Assembly: GCF_001194135.2 (NCBI RefSeq)
Contig: NC_068991.1
Coordinates: forward strand, 30,221,913-30,285,912
DNA from: Octopus bimaculoides
Lineage: Eukaryota
Reading direction: 5' to 3'
DNA length: 64,000 nt
The notes under the pieces were generated by a model. It did no database searches. It had not been told where the DNA came from and was given only the letters and a program-made list of their open reading frames with translations. The translations under genes and the position numbers were made by a program. Below are positions 24,441-38,629 of the stretch, piece after piece (the first letter of the stretch is position 1; each line of letters begins with the position of its first letter).

Positions 24441-25776
24441 AGATATACTGTGAAAATACATTTACTCTAAATTAAATTAGTTAATGAGTAGCTCGTACAT
24501 GACCTGCTGGGTCCTCATATACAGATACCTGCTGCGTTCTCATGTATACATACATACACGTATATACACATGGCAATAACAGCAACAGTAGCAGCCGAGA
24601 AGATAATAAATGTAATATTATTGATTATATTTCTGAAGTCTCAATAATAATTAATTGACGTAAGGAAATCTTTTAGGAAAGTAAGTTACAGCGCCCACAG
24701 ATTAATATGTGACATCAATTCTACACAATAAATTGAGCGTTTTATTTAAGACAGCCAGGAGCGATTTGAGGTTAGATTCTGTTGGTATTCCTTACAAGTT
24801 GAACAACTGTATCGGTCTGCTCGTGAACTATTTAACAGCTTCTAAACTACAGAAGCAGAAACAGCAAAAGTAACAACAAAAGCAAGGTAATTAATATTGA
24901 ACACGTCTTTTCTATCTCATTGCAGTAGTTTGTTCCAATGCATGTAAATATTATAAGCATTCAGTCTCTTTCGCTCTTTCTCTTTCTTTCTTTCTTTCTT
25001 TCTTTTCTTTCTTCCTTTCTTCCTTCCTTCCTCTCCCTCTCACTTATCAGAAATCTATCCCAATCCTTTAAAATACTACAGTATATTGTATCCTTACTGA
25101 AAGTCATAATATTTCTGCACACTATCTAAACACAAGATCAAAGACCTGAATCAAATGCCGCTATTTTGAAAAGTAATTTCTTAAACACCGAAACGGTACA
25201 ATCCGACCCACTTTTGTAACTATACACAACTATCATACACTCGTTGCTTTGTAACCTTCATAACTGTACAGATCTCTTTAGATTTCTAGAATTCCTTTTT
25301 CTGCTTTACTTATTAATTGCACAATATCCCTTATAAATCTCCATATTTCATTATAATTTCTCACACTTTATTGTTTTCTATTTTTCTGTCCAGGATATTC
25401 TTTATATTTTTCGTACATATTTCTATTCATAATTGCTTGAATCTGATAATTCTAAAACTATTGACAAGAAAAGATTAGCTCCTAGTAATTTTTTTATCTA
25501 ATGAGTTACACCCCTTACCAACTTAGAATAAGACGTTTGCAGTTTCTTTATACATGCAAATTGAAATAAGGCCGTATTATTATCTCATCACATTGATTTT
25601 ACCTTACATTTTGCAGTAAGTACCCTGTTTTTGTCTATCTACACATTACACGTGTGTGTGTGTGTATGCCTGTGTGTGTGTTAGGGTGTATATCTGTGTG
25701 TAATATATAAACGTGTACACATGTACTTGTGCATGTGTGCGTATGTGTGCTTGTGCATGTGTGGGGGTAGATGGGT

Positions 25777-27160
25777 ATGTGTGAAATAAATTCGTTCGTT
25801 TTTCTACATTTCTATATTGCTCATCAATAATTTTAACAAACGACTCAATAATATGTTCTCCTTAATTGCTCACGACTTGACAACTTTGCACTAGCTTGTT
25901 AATGCCATGGCAATAGAAATAATAGGGTTTTGACTGAAAGGGTTAATCGAACTACTTTTTCAGCTCAACATCGTTGTTGAACGAAACGCTTCTCAAACTG
26001 TTAAAGAGCGACCGAGAAAGGTAATAATCTGAAGACGCTTTATCAGGAGAATATGAAAAGTGCGGTAGGACTTCACAACCGAACTCCTAAACAGCACTTT
26101 TGGTCAAATTAGTGATATAGAAACGAACGTTGTCGTATTGAAGAACCAAGGCATTCGCTGATCGAGTTTACCCATCGACTGAAGATGATAGGCGATGGTA
26201 TCATGAGAGCTTCCCGTCTGCTGGGCCTTTCCTGGTGTACTGGCACGGATCCTCGTAGATGAGTTCCTTCAATCGATCTTCATTGACTGGAAGAGATCAG
26301 CCGGAACGCGGAGAATGTGTGAGGTTGATTTTATTTCCTTGAAGCGTGAAAATCACCATTTCCGTGTTTTATTGTTTTGTTTTGTTGTTTTGCTTTTTAA
26401 CAACATAACACAAAAGGTTTTGACAGCTTTGGACCCTTCTTTTTTCTACTTGGCCCTCCATTCCTATTACTGAAAAGAGCTGAAATTTATTCAAATTTCA
26501 AAAGCGATAACTGGCGCTCCGTCGGTTATGACGACGAGGGTTCCAGTTGATCCGATCAACGGAACAGCCCACTCGTGAAATTGATGTGCAAGTGGCTGAG
26601 CACTCCACAGACACGTGTACCCTTAACGTAGTTCTCAAGGAGATTCAGCGTAACACAGAGTGTAACAAAGCTGATCTTTTGAAATACTGGTTTCTACTCA
26701 TTTTTGCCAGCTGAGTCCACTGCAGCAACGCGAAATAGAGTATCTTGCTCAAGGACACAACAAGTCACCAGGAATTGAACTCACGACCGTCAGGCAGTGA
26801 GTCGAATACCCTAACCACTAAGCCATGCGCCTTCACTCAAAAACAATAAACAAAAGTTGTAAAGGAAGAACAGAGCTACAAAAGAAAATGTACAATAAAG
26901 CATAAGAGGAGATAACCACTCCGAAAGCTTGCCATCTCAGTCCGGGTAGGTGGCGCTTCGAGCTGATTTTGGTGTATGTACACCATTTGTCTACAGCGAA
27001 AACTGTTTTCCTTAACAAATCACACTGAATGGCCTTCTTAGGGGTTCGAATATGCCCCAAGCATATCTGAATTGGTCATAACCTATTTATACAATAAAAA
27101 TATTTTTCATGTTAATTCATTATATCAGTGGAAAGAAACGAACGAATTTATCTGAGAATC
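25777..27160 (-). mobile_element. Internally deleted mariner element containing a SINE insertion
   Basis: Perfect 16-bp inverted match at 25786-801 / 27136-151; relic MEGQVEK, FSRFK..PRSG..EDRLKELIYEDP, LQYDN, LPHFSYSPDKASSDYYL. Confidence 0.75.
26512..26836 (-). mobile_element. tRNA-derived SINE family C
   Basis: Minus strand GGCGCATGGCTTAGTGGTTAGG (A-box)..GAGTTCAATTCC (B-box)..GTGTCCTTGAGCAAGATAC..; tail GAACCCTCGTCGTCATAACCGACGGAGCGCCA. Confidence 0.8.
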
Positions 27161-27169
27161 ATATACATA

Positions 27170-27692
27170 TCACACTAATCTCATTTTCTCTGTTTCTGTT
27201 CAAAGTGTTCTTGCTCTGTATTTCCTTCTTATTCCTCGGTGCATATCATTCATTCTTTATTCTTCAATTTTCATTCACTCGCTCCATTCCTCCCCTCTTG
27301 CTTTCTTATTCTCTCTCTAAACTACTGGCCTACTTCTCCCTTATCATTTTAGTCTTTCTACCTTTTATCCCTTTTATATATTTTTCCTTCCTAACTTCCA
27401 CCTCTTCACTTCTTTCAGTAAAAGCTTCTTACTCTCCTCGCTACTTTCTATCCCTCTATATTCTTCTCTTTATATCTTCCTTCCTTAATTGCTTTACATT
27501 TTTATCCTCTCACCGCCGCCCACTCTCTTTCTTTCTCTCTCTCTCACTCATTCTTTGTCTTTGTCTTTCTCTCTCCTCTTACTACTATTTTCTTCATATA
27601 ATTTCTCTTGTCTTTACTGTTTCTCTGGTGACTTTGTTCTGATCTTCCTTCATTTTCGCTTTTTCATTTGTACTCCACATTTTCCCTATCTT

Positions 27693-27759
<67 letters not shown>

Positions 27760-27970
27760 TTCTTACATTTGACATTCCTACTTTTCCGTAGGTTTATATT
27801 CATTCACTTTTGTCACATTCACCTTCACTCACTCCCTCCCTTTCACTCCTTCCCTCTCTCTTCCTCCCTCTCTCTCCTTCCATCTTCCTTCCCTCTCCCT
27901 CACCTTCTTTTTCTCGCTCTCTCCCTTCCACCCGCTCGCCTTCTCCCTCTCTCTTTCACTATCAGTTGTC
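27170..27970. repeat. Pyrimidine-rich (CT) low-complexity tract
   Basis: Direct. Confidence 0.85.
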
Positions 27971-28408
27971 GCAGTACTATACATTTCAGAATGACCAGCT
28001 GCGCCAAAACCAAAATGCCAACATTTCTACATTTCCCTAAACATTTAACATTTTAAGCAAAGATTTGTCATTACAATTCTTTTGACTTCCTTTTTGTTTC
28101 TTTTATCTATTAATTTTTTTTCGCTTTTCCTTTTTTATTTACATTGATTTGTTTTATTTTCAACATCCGTCCACCTACTCCCATATCACACCATTGTTTT
28201 GCACCATGTTACAACCATGGTATGTTATAGCTATTCAACGTTAAAGAGCTATCATGTTGCATACATATGTCGTACTACAGTCACAGTATGTTATACCACG
28301 TTACAATCATACCGTGTTACTGACAGACCTTGCTACAGTCACATCAACTTACATATGTACCATACTACATTAAAAGGACAGGATATGCAAATTCCCTGTT
28401 ACAGTCGA

Positions 28409-28530
28409 ATCCACAAGGCTTTGGTCAACCCGAGTGTATAGTAGAAGACACTTACCCAGGGTGCCACGCAGTGGGACTGAACCTGGAACCATGTGGTTGG
28501 TATGCAAGCTACTTACCACATAGCCACTCC
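28409..28530 (-). mobile_element. SINE family A head
   Basis: A/B-box region as in 1091-1476. Confidence 0.8.
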
Positions 28531-28599
28531 AACGCCTATATGCATGTATGTAAGTATAAGCATGTATGCATATGTGTATACATCTGGGTGTGTATGTGG

Positions 28600-28643
<44 letters not shown>

Positions 28644-29029
28644 CTACATACACACACATATGCATACATGAATGTGTGTATGTATGTATGTATACATATA
28701 TATATATATATATACATATATACACACACACTTACACATACATGAATGTATGTATATTAAAAGAAGGAGAAAGAACACCTGGTTTACTAACGAGTGAAAC
28801 AAGGAAAGAAACGAAACAAACAAACCGAATCCTCCTCCTCCTCTCTTTCTCTTTCTCTTGCTCATCCTCTTACCCAAGCTACAATCTGAAAAAACAAAAG
28901 CAACAAACAAACATAATAAACAAAGTAAATCGCAAATGGAACAGAAAAGAAAGAATTATTAGGAGAGGAACACAAAATTGATATGTAAAACATAAGTAAA
29001 AGAATGTTTATTTCATTTTCATTTTGTAC

Positions 29030-29312
29030 CCCCCCACCACTCCTTATACTAGTGTCATTCACCACCAGCATCACACGCAATACCCTACGTCTACCACCAA
29101 CAATACCACGGTCACCGTCACTACCATCTTCAACGCCATTCACCGTGATTGACACCCTCTCCGCTGTACTCCATTGTCATTACGAGTGGCAAAACCAGTA
29201 CTACCGTTGTTGCCCCACCACCACGAGCACCGCCATTTCCACCACCACCACAACTATTAAGAAGAAGGAGAACAACATCACCATAGTTCTTCAGCACCAC
29301 AAGTTTCATCAC

Positions 29313-29350
<38 letters not shown>

Positions 29351-29580
29351 CCACCATTGTCGTCTGCGCAGTCGTGATCAAAGCCATCTACACCATAATT
29401 CATCACCACCACCACCACCACCACCACCACCATTATCACTACGACCATCATCACAATCCTCCTCCGGCCCCCATTTTCACAAACCTCCACTCCCACTACC
29501 ATCACTACCGACTTCACATCCCCCACCCTACCATTGCTACTACCCCTCTCACTACCCCTACCACCACCATAGAAAAGAAG
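29030..29580. repeat. Degenerate (CAC)n/(CAT)n low-complexity region
   Basis: Direct; source of spurious poly-His/Pro ORFs. Confidence 0.9.
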
Positions 29581-29863
29581 AAAGAAACGCCATACAACGA
29601 GGAAATTACTGCGAAAATGAAATGTTTTCGGAACTAAAAATGTTCTCATATTATTAGGGAAGTTTAAAGACTCGAAGACTAAGTGAAGTGGGACGAAAAT
29701 TCTCTAAAAGAGACCTACTTCGTCATTTTAATGGCATGCTTACTGTATGTGTGAGTATGTCTGCGTGCCTGTGTGTGATGTTTGTGCTCTGTGAGTGTAT
29801 AAGCGCGTGAGGGTGTGCATGTGTTTGTGGGAGTGTGTATGTTTGTGTGTGGTTGTGCGTAGG

Positions 29864-29905
<42 letters not shown>

Positions 29906-30420
29906 AGCTAATCTAAAACGTGGCCATTTAGGAAATGTCGGCGTTTCCCAAGAGCTTTGAACACATAAATGTGGGGAAATAAAATGAACGATGGCTGCAG
30001 GTGGCCGAGAGGACTAGGTCTCGTCCCACAATCATCGTAGCCCAGGGCTCAGTGGTCCATATCCGTATATTGGCATCTATAATGTATCCATAGCAGTGAC
30101 ATTTAACATGCAATCTCAGCCAAATTAGCCATATTTAATTTTACTTTTTACTTTCACAGGTATGTTCAATCAGAATGATCCAAAACGAGGCTATCCCAAC
30201 AGCCATCGTTAATCTAGGACTACGTTATCCAATATGTTCGTCTTTCTTAAGGCAATAGTATGGGAATATGAGTACTATTCGGCTGCTATTTCTCGAAGGA
30301 CACGCGACTTCTTTCTTGCTTTATTACTGCCGTCAGTGATCAGATTGTAACCATGCCAGGTTGCTTTACTTCAAAGGAATCAATTGGTTTAGTTTACTCC
30401 GACGCAAGAAACCGAATAAC

Positions 30421-30805
30421 TACTTGTTTCAGCCATTAGATGAACTTTTAGTGAAACGGATCGGCCCCAGTACTTATTTTTAAAAACCCGCTACTTCTTT
30501 TATCGGAGTCTTTTGCCGAACCACTATGTTACAGGGACGTAAGCATACCAACGCCGGTTGTCAAGCAGTGGTGAGGGACACAACACAGACACAAGGATAC
30601 ACACAGACACACAAAAATATACACAGGCAGATAGACACGCACACACATACACGAAAGACTTCTTTCAGAAGCCATCTACCAAATCCACTCAAAAGGTCAA
30701 TCTCACACCATAGGAGAAGACATTTGCCCAGGATGCCGCACAGTGGGACTGAACCCGGAGCAATATGGTTGGAAAGCAAGCTCCTTACCACGCAGCCACA
30801 GCTAT
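30421..30805 (-). mobile_element. SINE family A
   Basis: Similarity to the other copies. Confidence 0.8.
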
Positions 30806-31863
30806 GCCTGCACACACACACACAGACACACACACACACACACACACACACGTACACATACACATACACACACACTACACATACACATACACGCACACAT
30901 ACATAATGAAAGAAGGATAAAGACGGCACGGCAGAATATTTATTCCAATATTCGGCCATATTTTCTGTGCTTATTGAGAGGTGATTGTTACGAAGGCGGG
31001 ACATGTCGTTAGTTCCATAAATGTCATGACACTGCCATTAAACCGTAGAACTATGTTCGCATCTTTATGGAAACATGGAAAATGATTGAAAAACTAAGCA
31101 ACGTATAGATACCCAAATAAAACCCATTTAACCTTGAAACCAATGTAGTTTCCAGGTTAAATGAACGAGTAAGTTAACTCTCAATTAGGAGCTGAAAACG
31201 TGGGACATATTAGATTTGTGACAGTCAAAAAAGAGAAAAAGGTCGGTGACGTAGGCATTTCATTTATGAATTATGTGAACATGTGCACGCACACACATAC
31301 ACACATACACGCACACATACATACATACATACCATCACAAATATTTGTAGATGCAAATTTATATGTTACTTCAGGAATTTGGTGGCTAAAGTTTCTCGGG
31401 ATTTCCCGGAGCATCAGAAAAATAATATTTAAAAAAAAATTTTCTGCTTATCAGTAGGAAACCATTCATCGTTTTGTTATTAAAGGTTTCAAAGTGAGAA
31501 TATCAGAGATTACCAGATAATCACACAGATAATAATATAGATAATAAAGATAACAAAGGGCTCTAATACTAATAAATAACCAAATTAATATAGATAATAA
31601 TATAGATAATATTGATAAATGAGTGACAATAAGAGAAATATCCAAAGTGATCTATCTTTCATCAACAACATTATTAACCTTCAGTTTCGATAGTATATTT
31701 TTATAATTCAGGACAGAAAATAGCAACAATATACCTGACGCACAAAATGGATAGTTATGAAGGCAAATTACCCAGATGTGTCACGGGATGTTGGCTATGT
31801 GGAATTAATACTGAAGATATAAGTAGATGTTTGAAAATATCATTTTAATATTTAACCAGGTCA

Positions 31864-32065
31864 CCAGGCGGCGACCTGGCAGAGTCGTTAACATAACAGG
31901 CAAAAGGCTTAGCGGCATTTCGCCCGTCTTTACGTTCTGAATCTAAATGCCAGTCAAAGTCGACCTTTTCAAAGTCCATAAATATTCACTAGTTGAGGAC
32001 TGGTGCCGATGTAATCGACTTACCTCTCCCCCATACTTCCTTGGCTTGCGCCAATGTTTAACCAT
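31864..32065 (+). mobile_element. Degenerate SINE family B
   Basis: GGCGGCGACCTGGCAGAGTCGTT..GATGTAATCGACTT. Confidence 0.7.
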
Positions 32066-32405
32066 TTAGCCAAAACATTGTACAATAAAATCCTTTGAAA
32101 GGAGTCGTGAAGACAATAATATACGATCTTACATTGACGAACAGTACATAGTCTTTGAAAAGATGGAGAAATACTCGGGAAATATTCCCGTCAAGATCTC
32201 TAAACAAATTTAGACATAACAAATCAAATTATGATGATATGAGAGAGAGAACGGGAAGTGTGCACGGTTGTGAGGACTGGTTGTTTGGCAGAGTACATGT
32301 TGGGAGGTTGTTAAGCTGTTAATGATACAATAAAAGAAAAGAAAACCTCTATGCCAGACAGGAAATAATACTAATTTTTTTCTCCACCTGGACTATATAT
32401 ATGTA

Positions 32406-32615
32406 TACTCTTTTACTCTTTTACTTGTTTCAGTCATTTGACTGCAGCCATGCTGAAGCACCGCCTTTAGTCGACCAAATCGACCCCAGGACTTATTCTT
32501 TGTAAGCCTAGTACTTAATCTATCGGTCTCTTTTGCCAAACCGCTTAGTTACGGGGACATAAATACACCAGCATCGGTTGTAAAGCGATGGTGGGGGGAC
32601 AAACACAGACACACA
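32406..32615 (-). mobile_element. SINE family A 3' half (head lost in gap)
   Basis: High similarity to 1091-1300. Confidence 0.85.
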
Positions 32616-32635
32616 AACAACACACACACGCACAC

Positions 32636-32683
<48 letters not shown>

Positions 32684-33550
32684 NNNNNNNNNNNNNNNNN
32701 NNNNNNNNNNNNNNNNNNNNNNNNNNNNNNNNNNNNNNNNNNNNNNNNNNNNNNNNNNNNNNNNNNNNNNNNNNNNNNNNNNNNNNNNNNNNNNNNNNNN
32801 NNNNNNNNNNNNNNNNNNNNNNNNNNNNNNNNNNNNNNNNNNNNNNNNNNNNNNNNNNNNNNNNNNNNNNNNNNNNNNNNNNNNNNNNNNNNNNNNNNNN
32901 NNNNNNNNNNNNNNNNNNNNNNNNNNNNNNNNNNNNNNNNNNNNNNNNNNNNNNNNNNNNNNNNNNNNNNNNNNNNNNNNNNNNNNNNNNNNNNNNNNNN
33001 NNNNNNNNNNNNNNNNNNNNNNNNNNNNNNNNNNNNNNNNNNNNNNNNNNNNNNNNNNNNNNNNNNNNNNNNNNNNNNNNNNNNNNNNNNNNNNNNNNNN
33101 NNNNNNNNNNNNNNNNNNNNNNNNNNNNNNNNNNNNNNNNNNNNNNNNNNNNNNNNNNNNNNNNNNNNNNNNNNNNNNNNNNNNNNNNNNNNNNNNNNNN
33201 NNTGTGTGTGTGTGTGTGTGTGTAATTTCTGGAGTGTTTTGCTAAGCAAAACTGCCTCATCACCGATTATAAGAAATTGGCATAGACACGGCTAATTAAG
33301 ATATGATAATGACAAGCCATTAATGGTCTAACAATGGAACTTTGACAAAACATTTCAGATATTTTACCTGTTGCCATGTACAGATTTGTAGAAGCATAGA
33401 CACGCAAACATATTTATATGTAAAACATATATGAAACAAAACAGGAATCCACACACGCAATGGCATGTTTGCATGCAAATATACATGCATACAAATAGAC
33501 AATCACATGCACATATATATAACTATCTATATGTAATTATATATACAATT

Positions 33551-33625
<75 letters not shown>

Positions 33626-33633
33626 TACATACA

Positions 33634-33667
<34 letters not shown>

Positions 33668-33818
33668 AATAATCTCAGAGAGAGACGAGGGAGAGAGTGA
33701 GTGATGTTTGTATACGTATGTGTGCTCATATTAACGGAAGAAAAGATATTGGATTCCATAGTATTGTACAATAATTTATTTCTGTTGACCAACTTGTCTG
33801 TTATTCTGGACATTCTCT

Positions 33819-33883
33819 GACGTCTAGCGGTCCCTGAATAGAAAAATAGCAGTTTTTCTTTTCTGAGGAAATGGCTAGACGTC
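33819..33883. ncRNA. 65-nt hairpin of pre-miRNA-like size
   Basis: GACGTCTAGC / GCTAGACGTC perfect 10-bp basal stem plus AGAAAAA/TTTTTCT apical stem, 6-nt loop. Confidence 0.2.
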
Positions 33884-34835
33884 GAGAAACTCAAAACTAA
33901 CAAACGTCTAGATCAGAAAGTCATGTATATATGTATGTATATATAAAACATAAACATACACCCGTGTATATATATATATATNNNNNNNNNNNNNNNNNNN
34001 NNNNNNNNNNNNNNNNNNNNNNNNNNNNNNNNNNNNNNNNNNNNNNNNNNNNNNNNNNNNNNNNNNNNNNNNNNNNNNNNNNNNNNNNNNNNNNNNNNNN
34101 NNNNNNNNNNNNNNNNNNNNNNNNNNNNNNNNNNNNNNNNNNNNNNNNNNNNNNNNNNNNNNNNNNNNNNNNNNNNNNNNNNNNNNNNNNNNNNNNNNNN
34201 NNNNNNNNNNNNNNNNNNNNNNNNNNNNNNNNNNNNNNNNNNNNNNNNNNNNNNNNNNNNNNNNNNNNNNNNNNNNNNNNNNNNNNNNNNNNNNNNNNNN
34301 NNNNNNNNNNNNNNNNNNNNNNNNNNNNNNNNNNNNNNNNNNNNNNNNNNNNNNNNNNNNNNNNNNNNNNNNNNNNNNNNNNNNNNNNNNNNNNNNNNNN
34401 NNNNNNNNNNNNNNNNNNNNNNNNNNNNNNNNNNNNNNNNNNNNNNNNNNNNNNNNNNNNNNNNNNNNNNNNNNNNNNNNNNNNNNNNNNNNNNNNNNNN
34501 NNNNNNNNNNNNNNNNNNNNNNNNNNNNNNNNNNNNNNNNNNNNNNNNNNNNNNNNNNNNNNNNNNNNNNNNNNNNNNNNNNNNNNNNNNNNNNNNNNNN
34601 NNNNNNNNNNNNNNNNNNNNNNNNNNNNNNNNNNNNNNNNNNNNNNNNNNNNNNNNNNNNNNNNNNNNNNNNNNNNNNNNNNNNNNNNNNNNNNNNNNNN
34701 NNNNNNNNNNNNNNNNNNNNNNNNNNNNNNNNNNNNNNNNNNNNNNNNNNNNNNNNNNNNNNNNNNNNNNNNNNNNNTATATATATATATATATATATAT
34801 ACATATATGCATACATACATACATACATACATACA

Positions 34836-34869
<34 letters not shown>

Positions 34870-36786
34870 CATATGCGAATATATGTGCATCTGTAATTTT
34901 TGTGATAGGTATATATATTTCATAGATATAACGAATAACGAAACTATTTCTTCGTGCATTAATTTAGCAAGGGGCTCATACTGAGCTAGATCCCAAGAGC
35001 CATCTACTACGTCACTCCATTACACTCTATTCAAAATTAATTTGTAACACTGGCGCGAGACTACAAATCTTCGGTTACGGCTCCGTTTATTAAACTGACC
35101 CAAGTGAATGATTGCTAAACTGGAATATGGCCTGATTTAAACATAAAACTTAAAATAACGTGAGTAATCAATATCAAGTATTTAGTTCACTAGTCCACAG
35201 AACTGTGACGTGCCGCCTTCTTAGTCGTTTTCTAACATTTGCAACAGAACAATTTTGTGGGACAGTTAAATATACCAATATTAGTAAATGATTATTTCTT
35301 TATTGCTCACAGGGGGCTAAACATTAGTAAATGGTTGGTCAACTCTTGTACTAGACTAGTCAATCCCGCGTAATCAACTGATCAACTCCCGTACTCAATT
35401 GGTTAATCTCTGTATTTAACTTGTCACCATCATCAATCTCTCTACTTCACTGGTACATATTGTATCAACCCTTAAAAAATGAAATGTCACGTGAAACAGG
35501 GTAATTTTTGTTACCCACAAAACTGAAATAACATAAGAAACAAATGTATTTCCACACAGTTAAGTGATTAGGGACCGGGTATAACCCAGAGCTTTTTGTT
35601 GTGGTTGAAAGACGGATATGAGGGAAAGAGGACGGTATCTGAGGCCAGACTGCGCTTCAGTTACCCGAGCGCTTGTTAGGGATAAAAAGAAAAACGACCA
35701 ATTAAGTCTACCTAACCTCTTCTCACCACAATGAATCGGAATCAGTTTCTTCAATGTCTTACCCGCATTTTACCTCTACTGATTTTCACTCACAAGGATT
35801 TGGTCAACACAAAATTACAGCAGAAGACACTTTCCCAAGGTACCGTGCAGTAAGATCAAACAGTTATTGTGAAGTGAATTTCTGCGCCAATTTGGCCAGC
35901 TATTAAAAACTTTCTAACACTCTACTGTCCAAGTTTAACAAATGATATTCATAAAGAATTCGTGGAAACATTTCTATCTTTACAATTTTCCCTATTTATT
36001 GCTATGTGTCCTGTCTGTGTTTAGTTATAAAGATTTCCCACACATGTGCAAACTTCCGGCAACATGCAGCTATATGTGTGTATTCTATTCTTTCCTATTT
36101 GATAGTATATGTCTGTGTGTGTGTGTTTGTGTGTGGCTTGGTTGGCGGATAGGTTTACCTAGAAATGCAATCTATAGTGTTAATGCTAGTTTTATTAGCT
36201 CACATCATACAGGGTCACATTTGGTAATCATTTCGTCAAGTCATACAGAAAAACCAACGAAAAGGAATACTTTAAGATAAAAATAGAAATTTGGTAAAAA
36301 AAAAAAAAAAAGCAGTTCCAGCGTTTGGGATTGATTTCTGCAACATACCAACTTTATGTGGGGGGGGGACGTGCGTGTGTACATACGTGTGAGTGTACAT
36401 ACGTATGTATGTACATATACATATATATGTGTGTATATGTGTGTGTGTATGTGTGCGTGTGCGTGTGTGCGCGCGTATGTGTGTATATATAGATATATAT
36501 ATACATAAACATATATTAACATACATATATACATACATATATGCATATATATATGTATGTGTATATATATATGTATGTATGTATATATATANNNNNNNNN
36601 NNNNNNNNNNNNNNNNNNNNNNNNNNNNNNNNNNNNNNNNNNNNNNNNNNNNNNNNNNNNNNNNNNNNNNNNNNNNNNNNNNNNNNNNNNNNNNNNNNNN
36701 NNNNNNNNNNNNNNNNNNNNNNNNNNNNNNNNNNNNNNNNNNNNNNNNNTATAGAGAGAGAGAGAGAGAGAGAGAGATATTGATAT

Positions 36787-36987
36787 ATCTGTGTTTGTGT
36801 TTGTCCCCCTACCATCGTTTAACAATCGATGTTGGTGTGTTTACGTTCCTGTAACTTAGCGTTTCGGAAAAAGACACCGATAGAATAAGTACTAGGCTTA
36901 CAAAGAATAGTTCCTGCGGTCGATTTGTTCGACTAAAGGCGGTACTCCAGTATGGCTGCTGTCAAATGACTGAAACAAGTAAAAGAA
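36787..36987 (+). mobile_element. SINE family A 3' half
   Basis: ..ACCGATAGAATAAGTACTAGGC..AATGACTGAAACAAGTAAAAGA. Confidence 0.85.
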
Positions 36988-38565
36988 AAATATATATATA
37001 TCAGTGTATGTATATAAATTATATTAGGAGTAATGGAAAATAGAGACGAGCGTACAAGATGTTATTCAAATCATTTATATCACCATATCACCTACATATG
37101 TTTCGGTTGATGTATTAAAATAAATCCAAGAGGAAGAATAATATGGAAAAATGCATCAGTTTCATCAGGGAGGAGATTATAAATAACAGTACTCATCAAT
37201 AAGCCATTTTTACAGATGTAAGAAATTATTATACGTATACATACATACATATATATATATATATTCATGGATGAAATATGACTACCAGTGAGTTAATTTA
37301 CCCCGAAGGGTGGAAACAATACAATAACGTTTCGGATATTCATCATTTCTCACCTCAGTCAGATTAATGAGAATTGCTTCCAGCACAACGCAAAATAAGT
37401 ATGTATATTTAATAAAACAGTAAGAGTAGAAAGGATAATAAATTAAAGGTGAGATGGAATATAAGTTTTGAACGTTACATGGAAGATACTATGATCTGAG
37501 ACGCTAATATAAGACCGTAATGAAAGTCAAAGTCTAAATGGTTTCATCTCATAACGCAAAAAATCAAAAAAATCCGAATTAAATGTTACATGAATGCATC
37601 ACATTACAATTTCAAGTATGCCACTACTCTTGTGAAAAAAATCACTAATTATATTATTATAAATAAAGGAAAAAATAAATATATAAATCAACATGGGGTA
37701 AACAGAGCAAAAAAAAAATTACAAGATGGCGGAATGTTCCACTAATGTTTGAGTCAACAACAGTTTCAATGGTAAACCACCAGAGGACAAAAAAGTATGA
37801 ACTTCTTTCGTCTCCTACGGTGATTGACAATTAACTGTTTTGAAATAAGGCTGCACGTGTAAAGAAAAACACAGTTCTCACCCTCTCTATCTATCTCTCT
37901 TTCTAAAATATAGTCTTTTTTTGTTTACACATACATGCACACACACTTACATACTCGCACACACATACACAATCACACAAACATAAGTACGCACACGTAC
38001 CACCGTATATACGTATATATATANNNNNNNNNNNNNNNNNNNNNNNNNNNNNNNNNNNNNNNNNNNNNNNNNNNNNNNNNNNNNNNNNNNNNNNNNNNNN
38101 NNNNNNNNNNNNNNNNNNNNNNNNNNNNNNNNNNNNNNNNNNNNNNNNNNNNNNNNNNNNNNNNNNNNNNNNNNNNNNNNNNNNNNNNNNNNNNNNNNNN
38201 NNNNNNNNNNNNNNNNNNNNNNNNNNNNNNNNNNNNNNNNNNNNNNNNNNNNNNNNNNNNNNNNNNNNNNNNNNNNNNNNNNNNNNNNNNNNNNNNNNNN
38301 NNNNNNNNNNNNNNNNNNNNNNNNNNNNNNNNNNNNNNNNNNNNNNNNNNNNNNNNNNNNNNNNNNNNNNNNNNNNNNNNNNNNNNNNNNNNNNNNNNNN
38401 NNNNNNNNNNNNNNNNNNNNNNNNNNNNNNNNNNNNNNNNNNNNNNNNNNNNNNNNNNNNNNNNNNNNNNNNNNNNNNNNNNNNNNNNNNNNNNNNNNNN
38501 NNNNNNNNNNNNNNNNNNNNNNNNNNNNNNNNNNNNNNNNNNNNNNNNNNNNNNNNNNNNNNNNN

Positions 38566-38629
<64 letters not shown>

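Noticed and set aside
29985-30050. tRNA-like A-box (GTGGCCGAGAGGACTAGG)
   Set aside because: No B-box or cloverleaf; not called as a tRNA. The same applies to all SINE heads in the window.
30139-30215. Strong acceptor (TTTACTTTCACAG) followed by an apparent terminal exon GMFNQNDPKRGYPNSHR*
   Set aside because: The downstream sequence appears to align to repeat family D (4.2, 5.7, 38.9 kb), no upstream exons were found and the peptide is not recognisable.
31125-31163. 16-bp hairpin with one mismatch
   Set aside because: Isolated, with no supporting context.
32070-32220. Short protein-like open frame (..SREDNNIRSYIDEQYIVFEKMEKYSG..)
   Set aside because: No start codon or good acceptor, and no recognised homology.
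37270-37560. Possible further hammerhead palindrome (CGAAACGTT on minus, GAACGTTA on plus)
   Set aside because: Too decayed: no CUGANGA and only short inverted matches.
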